Assembly (NCBI GenBank): GCA_951406725.2
Contig: OX597824.1
Coordinates: 91,264,001-91,328,000, forward strand
DNA length: 64,000 nt
Direction: 5' to 3'
DNA from: Octopus vulgaris
Taxonomy: Eukaryota
The notes below the pieces were generated by a model. That model was not told the DNA's origin. It saw only the letters and a list, made by a program, of their open reading frames with translations, and did not search any database. Numbering within the stretch: the first letter of the stretch is position 1; every line of letters begins with the position of its first letter. Both the position numbers and the translations under genes were made by a program. Below, piece by piece: positions 29,831-44,416 of the stretch.

Positions 29831-30714
29831 TCGATATTCAATTATTGTCAGAAATGTTTAGGTATATATCCCAAGGAGGCCGTTTTCTACGAATGGCATA
29901 GTATATTATCTTTTATCTTGGCATTCTTTCGATATAACTCGACAAAATCAAAACATTTCACTTGGGGTATTTCCGTGGGTTGTGGAGATTATGCCAGCAA
30001 TGTCTCATTTTAAACTTGAAGAAAAAAATGCCTTGCATATTTGTTCTTACCTGTTTCAGGTGTTTATATAAAATCCGTAAATTTCCAAGCAGAAAACAGA
30101 ATCGAACTGTCATTTGCTTCCACGGAAATACCCGGAGTGAAGTGTTTTGATTTTGTTGAGTTATATCGAAAGAGTGTCTTTATCTTTTCCTTGTGCCATT
30201 TGCAACCGCATCCCAATGAGAAAAGGGGAAATAATCGTAAGAATCGGAAACTGTACGAAACTGACGCGTCATTAAGACAGCGTTTCTCAAGGTGGTGAGC
30301 GGCAATATTTTGGGAGGCGATGCCCCGGCATGGCCGTAGTCCAATAATAAGTGAAACATTGAAAGCTATAGCCAATATTCTTGATTAATTTATAAAACAA
30401 TCTATACGGATTTTAATACGTGACACATATTTGGCAAATTAATTAGGAAATAATTAATGATGTGTCAGTCACATTCTAATTGAACTGCATGCCAAGAATA
30501 TGCCATTTGTCAAAATTAATGAAAGCTATTTAATACAGTCATTAACCCTTTGCCTATCCAAATCATGTTCGTGTGCCCTAAACGCTTGTGATTGTTTTCA
30601 GACCTTTAGTTAACCCACATTTCATTCATTCTGAGTTATATAATTTTTTTCTTTCGTATGCTTCAAGTTACTCTGGTTATATCAAATGCGTTCACCACTT
30701 GTTAGTAAATTCCT

Positions 30715-31060
30715 GGGTCCTTCCGGGTGACCTTTCCAGTAGAGTCCTAATCCGGCCCCGTCTCAGTGAGACACTTATTCATCAATGAAGAGAACATGGT
30801 AAGCAGGGTTTAAGCCGGGTCATCCCGTGCGACCTTTCCAGTAGAGTCCTAATCAGGCCCCGTCTCCGTGAGACACTTATTCATCTGCCGTGACCATGTG
30901 GCATGTGGTCGATCAACACGAACCGTCAACCCAGCCAAATCCTCAATGAAGAGAACATGGTAAGCAGGGTTTAACACAGAAAATTGAGCAACATGGCCCA
31001 ACAATCTGAACTGGCACTCCCGAATCTTACAAGTAATAGGACACATCCTAGTTTACGAGC
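30715..31060 (-). pseudogene. Decayed RTE-group LINE 3' fragment with internal duplication
   Basis: ORF 30849-31046 ITCKIRECQFRLLGHVAQF...RVDRPHATW resembles RTE I...R.R.LGHV.R...GRP..TW. Confidence 0.6.
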
Positions 31061-31581
31061 CGAGTAAAGATTTTCTTTCTCTTTCCCTTCCCTAAGAATC
31101 CAAGTTCAGCCATGCCTTCCTCCAGATGGGTCGGTATGTATACTGTTGCCCCAGAAATAATAGGTATGAAGCTGAAAGTGTATCTTGGGTACCGGATTTG
31201 CAAACTCCATAACAATGGTCCCTAGATGTCCCTTTTCTCTCGCATTTTTCTATGTATGTATGTATGTATGTATGTATGTATGTATGTTAGACTTTCTCGT
31301 ATGTCTCTACTGTCCTGTTTTTGTTCCCAACATTGACCCTCCATAAATCCCAGATTTTATTTTGGTACTTATGGGAGCAACTGTCTTCGAAGACTTATAT
31401 TTTCGCTCAATGCTCGAAATGAGGAGTAGACAGACAGCCGACAACTGATGAAGCGTCGTTCTCTATGTTACTTGTCCTGTTTTCCATTTGTTTCTCTCGT
31501 TGTTTGCGTATTGAACTCATTTGTTTTCGTATTTCATGTTGTTTACTGTTGGTGACGTCCTGTACCCATAAACGCATGTGC

Positions 31582-31616
<35 letters not shown>

Positions 31617-31833
31617 TGTATGTATGTATGTATGTATGTATGTATGTATGTATGCATGTATGTATGTATGTATGTATGTATGTATGTGTTTGCAGTCGTG
31701 TATGCTTGTCAAGAGCAGGGCTCATTAACCACCAACGGAGCCGCAAATGCAAAATATAAGTTAGTCCTAGAGCGCACAATGTTCCTGAAGGTCGGTAATG
31801 GTCTTCCTCGGTCACGAGTGGACGGCCATCATG

Positions 31834-31869
<36 letters not shown>

Positions 31870-31930
31870 CATACATGTGTGTGCGTGTGTGTATATATAT
31901 GCATATATATATCATTTATATATATGTATG

Positions 31931-31964
<34 letters not shown>

Positions 31965-32400
31965 TGTATGTATGTATGTATGTATGTATGTATGTATGGA
32001 TGTATGTATGTATGTATGTATGTATATATGTATGTATTTATGTATGTATGTATGTATGTATGTATGTATGTATGTATAAATAAATAAATGAATGATTGAA
32101 TGAATGGATGGATGAATGAATGTAAATATTATTTACGTATGTGTATGTGTGTACGTACGAAGCGTGGGTGTTTGGTGGGGGTGGGGGTACAAGTGCTTTA
32201 CACGCATTCCTGCGCGCACGTGTGTGTATTTATAGTTTCGACTCTGCAATAGATATATTCCACCCCCAATCTACGCGTAAACCCACCCGCACGCCCGGCG
32301 GGATCAGACAAAATTAGGTAGGGCCTTTTTTTTATATTATATGGTTTCAGTTTTAATCTGGGTTTCCTGTGTTATTCTTAGAACTATTATGCGTGGTATG

Positions 32401-32489
<89 letters not shown>

Positions 32490-32818
32490 ACACGCGTGTA
32501 TTCGCAATATAAATATATATTTTTTTTCTTGAGGGATACTTATGTCTATGTATAAAGAAATCTGTGTGCCCGTGTATGTATGCGAGTGTGATTACGAATA
32601 TATTTCTGTGTGTTTGTGTGTGTGCGTGTGTGTGTGTGTGTGTGCGTGCCTCTAGTTGTGTATGTGCATGTGTTTACAAGAGTGGATGTGAGAGATAATT
32701 AGTTTCCCTCGAAGAATTCAACACAATAATTTCATTTCAGTTTGTTTCCGATTCACTATTACCTCCATACCACTTCAACCCTTTATATATATATACATAT
32801 ATACATATATAAATATAC

Positions 32819-32891
<73 letters not shown>

Positions 32892-33039
32892 TATACATAC
32901 ATATACATATATACACATATATGCATACATACATACATACATACACATATATACATATGCATATATGTATATATTTATATATATATAAATGTGTATATAT
33001 ATTATATATATATGGATATATATATATACATATGTATAT

Positions 33040-33078
<39 letters not shown>

Positions 33079-33207
33079 CATACATATATTATATATATGT
33101 ATATATATATATTATTTATATTCTAATCACACACACACATACACACACACATATATATATATGTATGTATGTATGTATATATACATATATAAATATATAT
33201 GTATGTC

Positions 33208-33332
<125 letters not shown>

Positions 33333-34094
33333 ATATATATGCAATATCCATGTATGTATGTTTTTATGTGTATATTCATAGAGGTTTCTGCAATTTAGTT
33401 TACTCCGCTTTCAATTAATATCTAAAAAAGCAATCGGTTTTTCTCTTCCTCTTTTTCTCCGTCCTCCTCCTTTCCAATTTGTATGTTTTCTTTGCTCTCT
33501 TTCCTTTCTCGATACCCTTTCCTTTTCTATTTTTTTTTTTTTTTTTTTTTGTACTCTCATTTCTTTTCAAGATACAGAAGGAAATAAACCAATGGCAGCC
33601 ATTTTCAATTTCGCCTTCCTTCGCCATCCAGAACCAATTCTTCGATCATCGAATTGGCTTTCCATTCTACATAAGACAATAAACCAGTCGCAAGAGATCC
33701 AATGAAGGTGCCTCTACACACTACTCGATCTCCCGACCGTTGTGCTAAAAATAACAGTTAAACTTTCCCTCAAGTTCCATACGATAGTCTTTTTGAAAAT
33801 TCAGCACAGGAAGTACATGTCGAATAATGGCTGACATTAAAACCAACGTGATAGGTTTTTCAAATGATTTACTTCCGTTTTGTAAGTCTTTTATTAATTT
33901 CTATTTCCGGTCTGTTATACTTTCATTATTCTAATATTTTCCTTTCACCGATAAATGCAAACCCCTTCAAATTTCTTAAAATGAAGCCTTTGAATTTTAC
34001 TTTTTTATCGCTTGCCTGCTCCAGTCTCTGGAAGTGCAGACATTCGGTGGAGGTGGGGACAAAAAAACAGATACGAACACATACACACACACAC

Positions 34095-34147
<53 letters not shown>

Positions 34148-34149
<2 letters not shown>

Positions 34150-34312
34150 TCCCGGGTTGAGTCGGGGTTAACCACAGTAAATAAGGTACTCAATACATTG
34201 CAGAGTAAAGTAATTTTTTTATAGAAGGAGCTTCTACAGGACTAGAACTGTTTCATTCAGATGAAATCTTCAGGATCATCTGAATGAAACAGTTCTAGTC
34301 CTGTAAACTCCT

Positions 34313-34316
<4 letters not shown>
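34148..34316 (-). mobile_element. Short pLTR-like insertion in (TA)n ending in a fold-back centred on a hammerhead core
   Basis: Arms 34222-34264 / 34276-34316. Minus strand reads CTGAAGA-TTTCA-TC-TGAAT-GAAAC-A-GTT-CTAG. Confidence 0.6.
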
Positions 34317-34409
<93 letters not shown>

Positions 34410-34491
34410 AATAGAAAGATGAATAATCTTGTAGCAGATTAATCAAAAGTTTCTGTGCAATCTTCGTTCAGCTCCATTTCTTCAATTCACT

Positions 34492-34541
<50 letters not shown>

Positions 34542-34579
34542 CATATATATATACACACATACACACATATATATATAGG

Positions 34580-34757
34580 ACGTAGGAGTGGCTGTGTGGT
34601 AAGTAGCTTGCTTACCAACCACATGGTCCTGGGTTCAGTCCCCCTGCGTGGCACCTTGGGCAAGTGCTTTCTACTATAGCCTCGGGCCGACCAAAGCCTT
34701 GTGAGTGGATTTGGTAGGCGGAAACTGAAAGAAGCCCGTTGTATATATGTTTATATA

Positions 34758-34817
<60 letters not shown>

Positions 34818-35030
34818 GTGTGTGTGTATATGTGTGTCTGTGTTTGTCTCCCCAACATCGCTTGACAACCGATGCTGGTGTGTTTACGTCCCCGTAACTT
34901 AGCGGTTCGGCAAAAGACACCGATAGAATAAGTACTAGGCTTACAAAGAATAAGTTCTGGAGTCGATTTGTTCGACTAAAGGCGCTGCTCCAGCAAGGCC
35001 ACAGTCAAATGACTGAAACAAGTAAAAGAG
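34580..35030 (+). mobile_element. SINE family A, full-length reference copy
   Basis: A-box-like GGCTGTGTGG, B-box-like GGTTCAGTCCC, CCTTGGGCAAGT (CORE-like), internal (TA)n, 3' tail ...CAGTCAAATGACTGAAACAAGTAAAAGAG. Confidence 0.9.
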
Positions 35031-36459
35031 TATATACAGTAATGTCTCAATATACGAGTCAATTCGTTCCGGCGAACGCTCGTAAAGCAAAAACCCGTAA
35101 AAACTTGTAAACCTGGCGTCTCCTATGGCGGGTCCTCGTAAAGAGAGTTATTGTTGTATATATACAAGATGGGCTTCTTTCAGTTTCCGTCTATGGTAAA
35201 AGTCAATTGACCAAGGCGCTACGTATTGGAACTGAACCTGGAACCATGTAGTTGGGAAGCAAGCGTTTTACCACACGGTATAATAAATATTGTTTAAACG
35301 TTTTATACTGAAAGGCTTCTTTCAGTTTCCTGGATGTAGCCTTTCGTATTCGCAAAATGAGCCCCCCCCCTTTAATTTTGCTCAGATTGCTTTCAATATA
35401 TATTCAATAAAGAGACAAAAGGAACAGTAAGATGATAAATGCTGATTTTATTGGGTATTTCTGTTTATTTAGAAACCTACAATGAACAGGTCAGACGCTA
35501 AACTTTAATTTAACAGGGTACAATCTTAAAGTTGACACCGCTTTGCTAAACTCAAAAAATTTCTGTCTCACTATTGGCTAAAAATACCCAGATATTTTCA
35601 ATTTTTCAACCTCTGTAACTTTTTTCTCCAATTTTGTTTTCTCCACAACATCACGCCTTCAAAGCAATGAGACTGGAATGCTACATTGTTATAGCCGATT
35701 TTCAGATTTTCTTTTACTTCCTTTTAAAAAATGCATATTTTGTGAATGAAAAAAAACTAGATCCAGTTTCCTTTTACCAATTCCACTCACAAGGTTTCGG
35801 CCAGTCTGAGGCTATAGTACCAAAATAAAAATTAAAAAAATGCCCAAGGTGACACACCATAGGATTGAGACCAGAAGCATGTGGTTGAAAAAGCAAACTT
35901 CTTACCACACAGCCAAGCTTGTGCCTGCGCCTTTATAAATCGATGTTTTTCTTGAGATTTAAAGGCGTGGCGGTAAGAAGTTTCTGAGATTTTTTCTTTT
36001 CTTTCTAACTTTTCCTGGGAGGGGTGGAGATGAGGGAGGGGCATAGTTGCACTTGCCGAGCTTGATGTGAGATCCACCCCCTACCAAGCTATAAGCAGCG
36101 CGGACATCAATAAATAAATAAAACTTTTGGTCACGCTTGGATTGTCTTGATCAGGGATGACCTGGATTTAAAACATCTTCAACAACAACAACAACAATAC
36201 CAACAACGAAAACGTTATTCTTGGAGCTGAACAAATCGGAGAGGCTAACTAAGCAGTCACGCGAGACACGTACATCCGATATCCCATCATGCATCGCTTC
36301 ATAAAAACGTCGATGCAGTAATCGTTTTTGTCACGGATGACTGACTTGGTCGGCCTCGAGTACAGTTGGAAAATAATGATCTATGTCAATGTGTCGATGT
36401 GTCTACGGTGTATAGGCATGTACGTCATGGTATGTGTATGGGCGTTTTTATGTGTGTTA

Positions 36460-37440
36460 TGTACGTATGTACGTATGTATGTATGTATGTATGTATGTAT
36501 GTATGTATGTATGTATGTATGTATGTATGCATGTATGTATGTATGTATGTACGTATGTATGTACGTATGTATGTATGTATGTATTTATGTATGTATGTAT
36601 GTATGTAAGTATGTATGTATGTATGCATGTATGTATGTATGTATGTATGTATGTATTATGTATGTATGTATGTATGTATGTATGTATGTACGTATGTATG
36701 TACGTATGTATGTATGTATGTATGTATGTATGTATGTATGTATGTATGTACGTATGTATGTATGTATGTATTTATGTATGTATGTATGTATGTACGTATG
36801 TATGTACGTATGTATGTATGTATGTATGTACGTATGTATGTACGTATGTATGTATGTATGTATTTATGTATGTATGTATGTATGTATTATGTATGTATTT
36901 ATGTATGTATGTATGTATGTATGTATGTATGTATATGTACGTATGTATGTATGTATGTATGTATGTATGTATTATGTATGTGTATGTATGTATGTATGTA
37001 TGTATGTATGTATGTATGTATGTATGTATGTATGTATGTATGTATGTATGTATGTATGTATGTATGTATGTATGTATGTATGTATGTACGTATGTATGTG
37101 TGTACGTATGTATGTATGTACGTATGTATGTATGTATGTATGTATGCATGCATGCATGTATGTATGTATGTATGTATGTATGTATGTATGTATGCATGCA
37201 TGCTTGCATGCATGTATGTATGTATGTATGTATGTATGTATGTATGTATGTATGTATGTATGTATGTATGTATGTATGTATGTATGCATGCATGCATGTA
37301 TGTATGTATGTATGTATGTATGTATGTATGTATGTATGTATGAATGTATGTATGGATGTATGCATGCACGTATGCATGTACATATGCATGTACGTATGTA
37401 TGCATGTATGCATGTATGTATGTATGTAAGTACGTATGTT
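36460..37440. repeat. About 1-kb (TATG)n microsatellite
   Basis: Direct reading. Confidence 0.97.
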
Positions 37441-37632
37441 CTATGTGTACGTATGTGTGTGTATCTATGCATGTATAGAGGCATATATGTATGTAGCTAT
37501 GTATGTAATTATGTACTTGTATTTATAAATATATGTATGCATGTATCTGTGTACATGAAGATATGTAAGTATATATGTATCTACCTGTGTGTGTGTGTGT
37601 GTGTGTCTCTCTATCTATCTACCTATATACAT

Positions 37633-37699
<67 letters not shown>

Positions 37700-37705
37700 A
37701 ATGTG

Positions 37706-37746
<41 letters not shown>

Positions 37747-37749
37747 TTG

Positions 37750-37892
37750 TGTGTGTGGTAAGAAGCTTGCTTCCCAACCACATGGCTCCGGATTCAGCCC
37801 CGCTGCGTGACACCTTCAACATATGTCTTCTACTAAAGCCTTGTGAGTGAATGTGGTAGACGGAAGCTGAAAGAAGCCTGTCGTGTATATGA

Positions 37893-37927
<35 letters not shown>

Positions 37928-38335
37928 CGGGTGTGTATTTGTGTGTGTTTCTGTGTTCGTACTCCCTCCATCGCTTGACAACTGCTGTTGGTATGTTTTC
38001 GTCCCCGTAACCTAGCAGTACGGCAAAAGATACTGACAGAATAGATAATAGGCTTACAACGAATAAGTCCTGGGATCGATTTGTTCGAATAAAAGCGGTG
38101 CTCCAGCGTGGCCGCAGTCAAATGACTGGAGCAAGTAAAAGAATACGTATGTATGCATGTATGTATATACGACAGGCTTCTCTCAGTTTCCAGCTACCAA
38201 ATCCACTCACAAAGATTTGGTCGGCCCGAGGCTATAGCAGAAGACACTTGCCCCCAAGGCAAGGTGCCACGTAGTGAGATCGAACCCAGAACGTGTAGTC
38301 GAAAAGCAAACTTCTTAAATCACACAACCACGCCT
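37750..38335. mobile_element. SINE family A plus-strand copy (37750-38145) and minus-strand 5' half (38170-38335)
   Basis: Match to the family A consensus. Confidence 0.82.
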
Positions 38336-38899
38336 ATACATACAAATGTTTCATTTAAACTCCTCTTCAAAGCTTTATGCAATAGTCTCAGCATAAAAAA
38401 AAATAAACAAAAGAAAAGAAAATGCTGTGAGATAAATCTTATGTATATTTATGAATGCTTATCTAACTTGGTAAAGAACAGAACTGCTGCTTGGAAAAAA
38501 TATTTAATATATATTCTCTGAAAATACTGTAAAAATATGTAAATATAACTCTTGATCTCTATATGTCAATATGTCGGTGAAATTTCCAATATAACATAAC
38601 TCGGTTTAGGCACCTTGATAAATATTTCGTTATCAGAGCGACATGTTAAAAGGGGGGAATGCAAGAATTACATATTTTAGATATGGAGACAGAATAAACA
38701 GCTGGAATTGGCAGGGAAACACATTTGGAGATGTAACAGCAGTTATTTTATTTTTATTTTATTTTATTTTATTTTATTTCATTTTATCTTATTTTATTTT
38801 TAGGTTAACCAAGCGAGGAAAACAAGCATCGAATGTATAAACTCATAAAAATAAAACGGGGGAATATTTTGTGCAAGTTACCCATCCTGATAATATACG

Positions 38900-38903
38900 G
38901 GTG

Positions 38904-38952
<49 letters not shown>

Positions 38953-39355
38953 ATGTCTGTATGTGTGTGTATATGTGTGTGTATGTATGTGTATGTGTGT
39001 GTGTGTGTATGTGTGTGTTTCTGAGTATGTGTGTGCGTGTGTGTACATGTGTATGTTTGTGTTTCTGTGTATATGTGTATATGTGTGTGTATGTGTGTGT
39101 ATGTGTGTGTATGTGTATGTATGTGTGTGTATTGTGTGTATGTGTGTGTATGTGTGTGTATGTGTGTTTATGTGTGTGTATATATATGCGTGTGTATATA
39201 TGTATGTTCATGTGTGTGTATATGTGTGTGTATATGTGTGTGCAAGTGTGTGTGTATTTTTGCGTATGGGTATGCCTGTGTATATGTGTGTGTATGTGCA
39301 TGTGTGTATATGTGTATGTGTGCGTGTATGTGTGTGTATGTTTGTGGATGTGTGT
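38900..39355. repeat. Degenerate (TG)n/(TGTA)n tract
   Basis: Direct reading. Confidence 0.93.
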
Positions 39356-40314
39356 ATTGGTTTCAAATTTTGACACATGGTCAGCGATTTCAGAGGAGGG
39401 GGGTGGCTAATCGATTAAATCGACCCAGTATGCAACTGGTAATTATTTTATCGACCCCGAAAAGATGAAAAGCAAAGTCACCCTCGACGGAATTTAAAGC
39501 CTGGGTGTGAAGACAAACGAAACACCATCAAATAGTTTATCTGTCTTAATAATGACAATAATAGGATTTATATACTCACCTTTATCTCACGAGATGAACA
39601 TGGATCACATGTAATATTAGGCAATAATCTTTGTCCATGATTTATCCAAACCATATAGTATTGAAACGATCGGAATGCAATAATAAATATAATATTATTA
39701 TCTGAACTCTTGGACTTAATAGATTATAAATTGTGACTCATAAGCTATCACTGGAATTTTAGTTTGTATGAACGCTTTCCTGTAAGAAAACCTGTCCACT
39801 CATATACACTTTGGTATTCACATGATTGCTGACTGAGGAAGTCAATCAGATTTCTAAATCTTCTTTAATCTAGCATATATATCAGATAAAACAGAATCCA
39901 TAGAAGCTGAAAGAGTGAAATTGCCGTGGGAATGTATCTGTCTACATAAATATGTATTTGTGTGCGTATGTGTGTGTGTATCACTTTTGCATGCGTTTGA
40001 GAGTTTCAAATGATATTGCTCCAGTAAGGCGTCTGAATGTATTTAGCACTGTTTTCTCATTGATTTAGTATTTCTTAGTAATACATAGACTAACTGCATC
40101 GCTCTTTTGATCCTATTTTGATCACTTTCTATACCAGCTACTCATAATTTCCTAGACTGTTGTGTGGTTGTGTGGTAAGAAGTTAGCTTCCCAATCACGT
40201 GGTTCCGGGTTCAGTCCCCCCTGCATGTCACCTTGGGCAAGTGTCTTCTACTATAGCCTTGTGAGTGGATTTGATTGACGGAAACTCTCTCTCCCCCCCC
40301 TCTCTCTCTCTCTG

Positions 40315-40650
40315 TGAAGGCGCATGGGTCAGTGGTCAGAGCGTCGAACTTATAACCGTTAGGTTGTGAGCTCAAATCTCGGACCGGGCTGCGTATTGTG
40401 TTCTTGAGCAAGACACTTTATTTCACGTTGCTCCAGTTCACTCAGCTGTAGAAATGAGTTGCGACGTCACTGGTGCCAAGCTGTATTGGCCCTTTTGCCT
40501 TTCCCTTGAATAACACTGGTGGCGTGGAGAGGGGAACCCGGTATGCATGGGCGACTACTGGCCTTCTATAAGCAACCTTGCCCGGACTTGTGCCTGGGAG
40601 GGTAACTTTCTTGGTGCAATCTTATTGTCAGTCATGACCGAAGGGGGTCT
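40315..40650 (+). mobile_element. SINE family C: tRNA head, CORE domain, RTE-like 3' tail
   Basis: GGCGCATGGGTCAGTGGTCAGAGCG...TTGTGTTCTTGAGCAAGACACTTTA...CACTCAGCTGTAGAAATGAGT...CATGACCGAAGG. Confidence 0.75.
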
Positions 40651-41639
40651 ACGATGTATGTATGTATGTATGTATGTATGTATGTATGTATGTATGTATG
40701 TATGTATGTGTTTGTGTGTGTGCGTGTGTGTATGTGTGCATATGTGTATGCACAACTTGACAGCAGTGGCTGGTTTCTTTATGTCTCGATAACTTTGCGG
40801 TTCGGCAAAAGAGACAGATATAATAAGTACGAGGCTATCAAAAAGAAACTGAGGTCGATTGCGGCCATGCTAGGGCACCTTCGAAGCGTTGCCCCAGCAT
40901 GGCCGCAATCTGATGACAAAAACAAGTAAAAGAAAAATAAATGTACATGTCTGTATACGTATGTGTGTGTATTATATATGTGTGTGTGTTTGTGCATGCG
41001 TGTGTATGTGTGTATGTATGTGTACGGGTGCGTGTGTGTCTGTGAATGTGTATGTGTTTGAATCTAGGCATGTGTGTGAGTGGTGTGTGTGTACGAATTG
41101 TGTGTGTGCGTATGTGTATGTACGTGTGTGTGTATGTGTATTTGAATCTAGGCATCTATGCGTGTATGCATGTAAGTGTATATGTGTCCGTGTGTATGTG
41201 TGTATGTGTATGCGTATATGTGTGTACTTGTGTGTGTGTATATATTTGTATGTGTGTATACGTGTGTGTGTGTGTATTTGTTTGAATCTAGGCATCTGTG
41301 CGTGTATGCATGCATGTGTGTGTATATGTTAATATGTGTGTATGTGTATGTGCGTGTATGTGTGCGCGTATATGTGTGTATGTGCGTGTATGCGTACGTA
41401 CGTGTATGTGCGTATATGTGTGTACGTGCGTGTTTGCGTGTATATGTGTGTATGCGCGTGCGCGCATGTGTGTACCCCACAAGACTAATTGTGTGTGTCT
41501 TTCGTAAAGAAACAGATTCTAACATTAAATTAATTATTTAATAAATAAATATCCATTCAAAAACAACATATTTTGAGTAATTCACGTAAATATTAATAAT
41601 TTCTCATCCCGAAACCGAACTATTAACCACAACATTATG

Positions 41640-41684
<45 letters not shown>

Positions 41685-41699
41685 CACACACACACACAC

Positions 41700-41738
<39 letters not shown>

Positions 41739-41749
41739 ACACACACACA

Positions 41750-41807
<58 letters not shown>

Positions 41808-41828
41808 CTCACACACACTCACACACAA

Positions 41829-41860
<32 letters not shown>

Positions 41861-41897
41861 ACACAAACACACACACCCACTCACACACACACAAACA

Positions 41898-41942
<45 letters not shown>

Positions 41943-41969
41943 ACACAAACACTCTCACACACACACACA

Positions 41970-42008
<39 letters not shown>

Positions 42009-42375
42009 ACACACACACACACACACAACACACACACGTATACATGTTTCAAATCGCAAGTGCGCGCGTGCGTGTATGCCCTGCATGTTTTTCTCACATC
42101 GTTAAACATGATTATCCGCTGTGCTGATTTCGTTATCGATCTGTCTCCCCCCCAACCACCACCGCCACCACCCTCACCACCATCTTTCCCCGTCGCATCC
42201 ATCCCCATCCATAATTCTCCCAAATTATCTGTTCACGCACCGCACATCTTTACACACCTACTCTTCCATACATACACCCATACCCACCCACCACGCCTAC
42301 ATACCTTCCATCCGATTATCCGACCCCCAGTAACCCTACATACGCCCACGCTCTTACATTTACACACACATGACA

Positions 42376-42411
<36 letters not shown>

Positions 42412-42417
42412 CATACA

Positions 42418-42451
<34 letters not shown>

Positions 42452-42735
42452 CATTCATACATACATACATACATACATACATACATACATACATACATAC
42501 ATACATACATACATACATACATACATACATACATACATACATACATACATACACACATACATACATACATACATACATACATACATACATTCATACATTC
42601 ATACATTCATACATACATACATACATACATACATACCTTCATACATACATACATACATACACACATACATATATATACATTCATACATACATACATACAT
42701 ACATACATACATACATACATACATACATACATACA

Positions 42736-42771
<36 letters not shown>

Positions 42772-42777
42772 CATTCA

Positions 42778-42813
<36 letters not shown>

Positions 42814-43000
42814 CATACATACATACATACATACATACATACATACATACATACATACATACATACATAAATACATACATACATACATACATACATATAC
42901 ATACATACATACATACATACATACATACATACATACATACATTCACACATACATACATACATACATACATACATACATACATACATACATACACACATAC
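41640..43000. repeat. (CA)n tract (41640-42035) and (TACA)n tract (42375-43000)
   Basis: Direct reading; explains the 500-aa THTH/YIHT ORF. Confidence 0.95.
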
Positions 43001-43191
43001 AGTGCTTGCACAAGCCCACTCAATTGCTTACACACATGTACATACAGCCTTACACACACACACTCACTCACGTAAACACATACATACATATATATATGTA
43101 TGCGTGTGTGTAATTTTTTATATGTATATATATATGTAAGTTTATGTATGTATATATATGTATGTATGTATATATATATTCTTTTATAGTT

Positions 43192-43575
43192 TTACTCTTT
43201 TACTTGTTTCAGCCATTTGACTGCGGCCATGCTGGATCTCCGCCTTAAAGGGTTTTAGCCGAGGAAATCGACCCCAGGACTTATTCTTTGTTAGCCTAGT
43301 ACCTATTCTATCGGCCTCTTCACTGCACCGCTAGGTTATGGGTACGTAGACACACCAACATTGGTTGTCAAGCGAGTGTGGGGGACAAACACCGACACAC
43401 ACAGACATATGCATACACATACGACGGGCTTCTTTCAGTTTCCGTCAACCAAATCCATTACAAGGCTTTGGTCGGGCCGAGGCTATAGAAGAAGACATTT
43501 GCCCAAGGTACCACGCAGATGGCACTGAACCTGGAACCATGTGGTTGGTAAGTAAGCTACTTACCACACAGCTAC
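43192..43575 (-). mobile_element. SINE family A, full length
   Basis: Reverse complement of the family A consensus. Confidence 0.87.
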
Positions 43576-43942
43576 GCATAGGCAGATAGATAGGCAGATA
43601 GATAGACAGAGAAACCAACAGACAGGCCCTGAGAGAGTAAAAGCATGAATGAATGAGAGAATAAGTTCCTGAGTGTGTGAGTGGGTGAATGAATGAGATA
43701 TGAACGAGTGAGCCAGTAACTGGGTGAGTGATCGGGCGAATGAATGAGTGAGAATAGATAATAAAGCAAAGCAAAAGAGAAAGAGTGATGGGATGTTAAA
43801 ATGTCAGGATTCTCAGACATCGAGGTTTCTAGGTCTTTAGTTGTTATCAATGAGAAATACCTAATATATATGAATAGTAATGGTAAGGCAACAAAAGAAT
43901 GAAAGTGACCTCGATATTGAGTAAATAGAGGAATTTTGCCTC

Positions 43943-44002
43943 GATAACTGAAGAGATGCCGGAGCCGGTTTCCGCCCGACATCAGAAACTCGGACTCTTA
44001 TT
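43943..44002 (+). ncRNA. Type-I hammerhead motif (family shared with 56342-56402)
   Basis: GATAA-CTGAAGA-GATGCCGG...CCGACATC-A-GAAA-CTC-G-GAC-TC-TTATT. Confidence 0.62.
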
Positions 44003-44055
44003 ATGGCAACCGAATAATTGTCACGTATAATATTACAGATATATATATATGTATG

Positions 44056-44153
<98 letters not shown>

Positions 44154-44161
44154 TGTATGTA

Positions 44162-44240
<79 letters not shown>

Positions 44241-44317
44241 AGAAAAAGAAAAGACGAAGACAGGTGGTGTAGACAACAAACAGGTGTATTAGTATAACGC
44301 TCAGGAATAGGAAAAGT

Positions 44318-44353
44318 CCTTTACGTTTCGAGCCTACGCTCTTCAACAGAAAG
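44318..44353 (-). ncRNA. Minimal hammerhead motif with CUGUUGA (A6U) core
   Basis: CTTT-CTGTTGA-A-GAGC-GTAG-GCTC-GAAAC-GTA-AAGG. Confidence 0.6.
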
Positions 44354-44416
44354 AAACAAGGATAGAAAGAAGGAGAGAAAAAAATGTGTGTAGTGGCTAA
44401 CGATCTATCATGGCGA

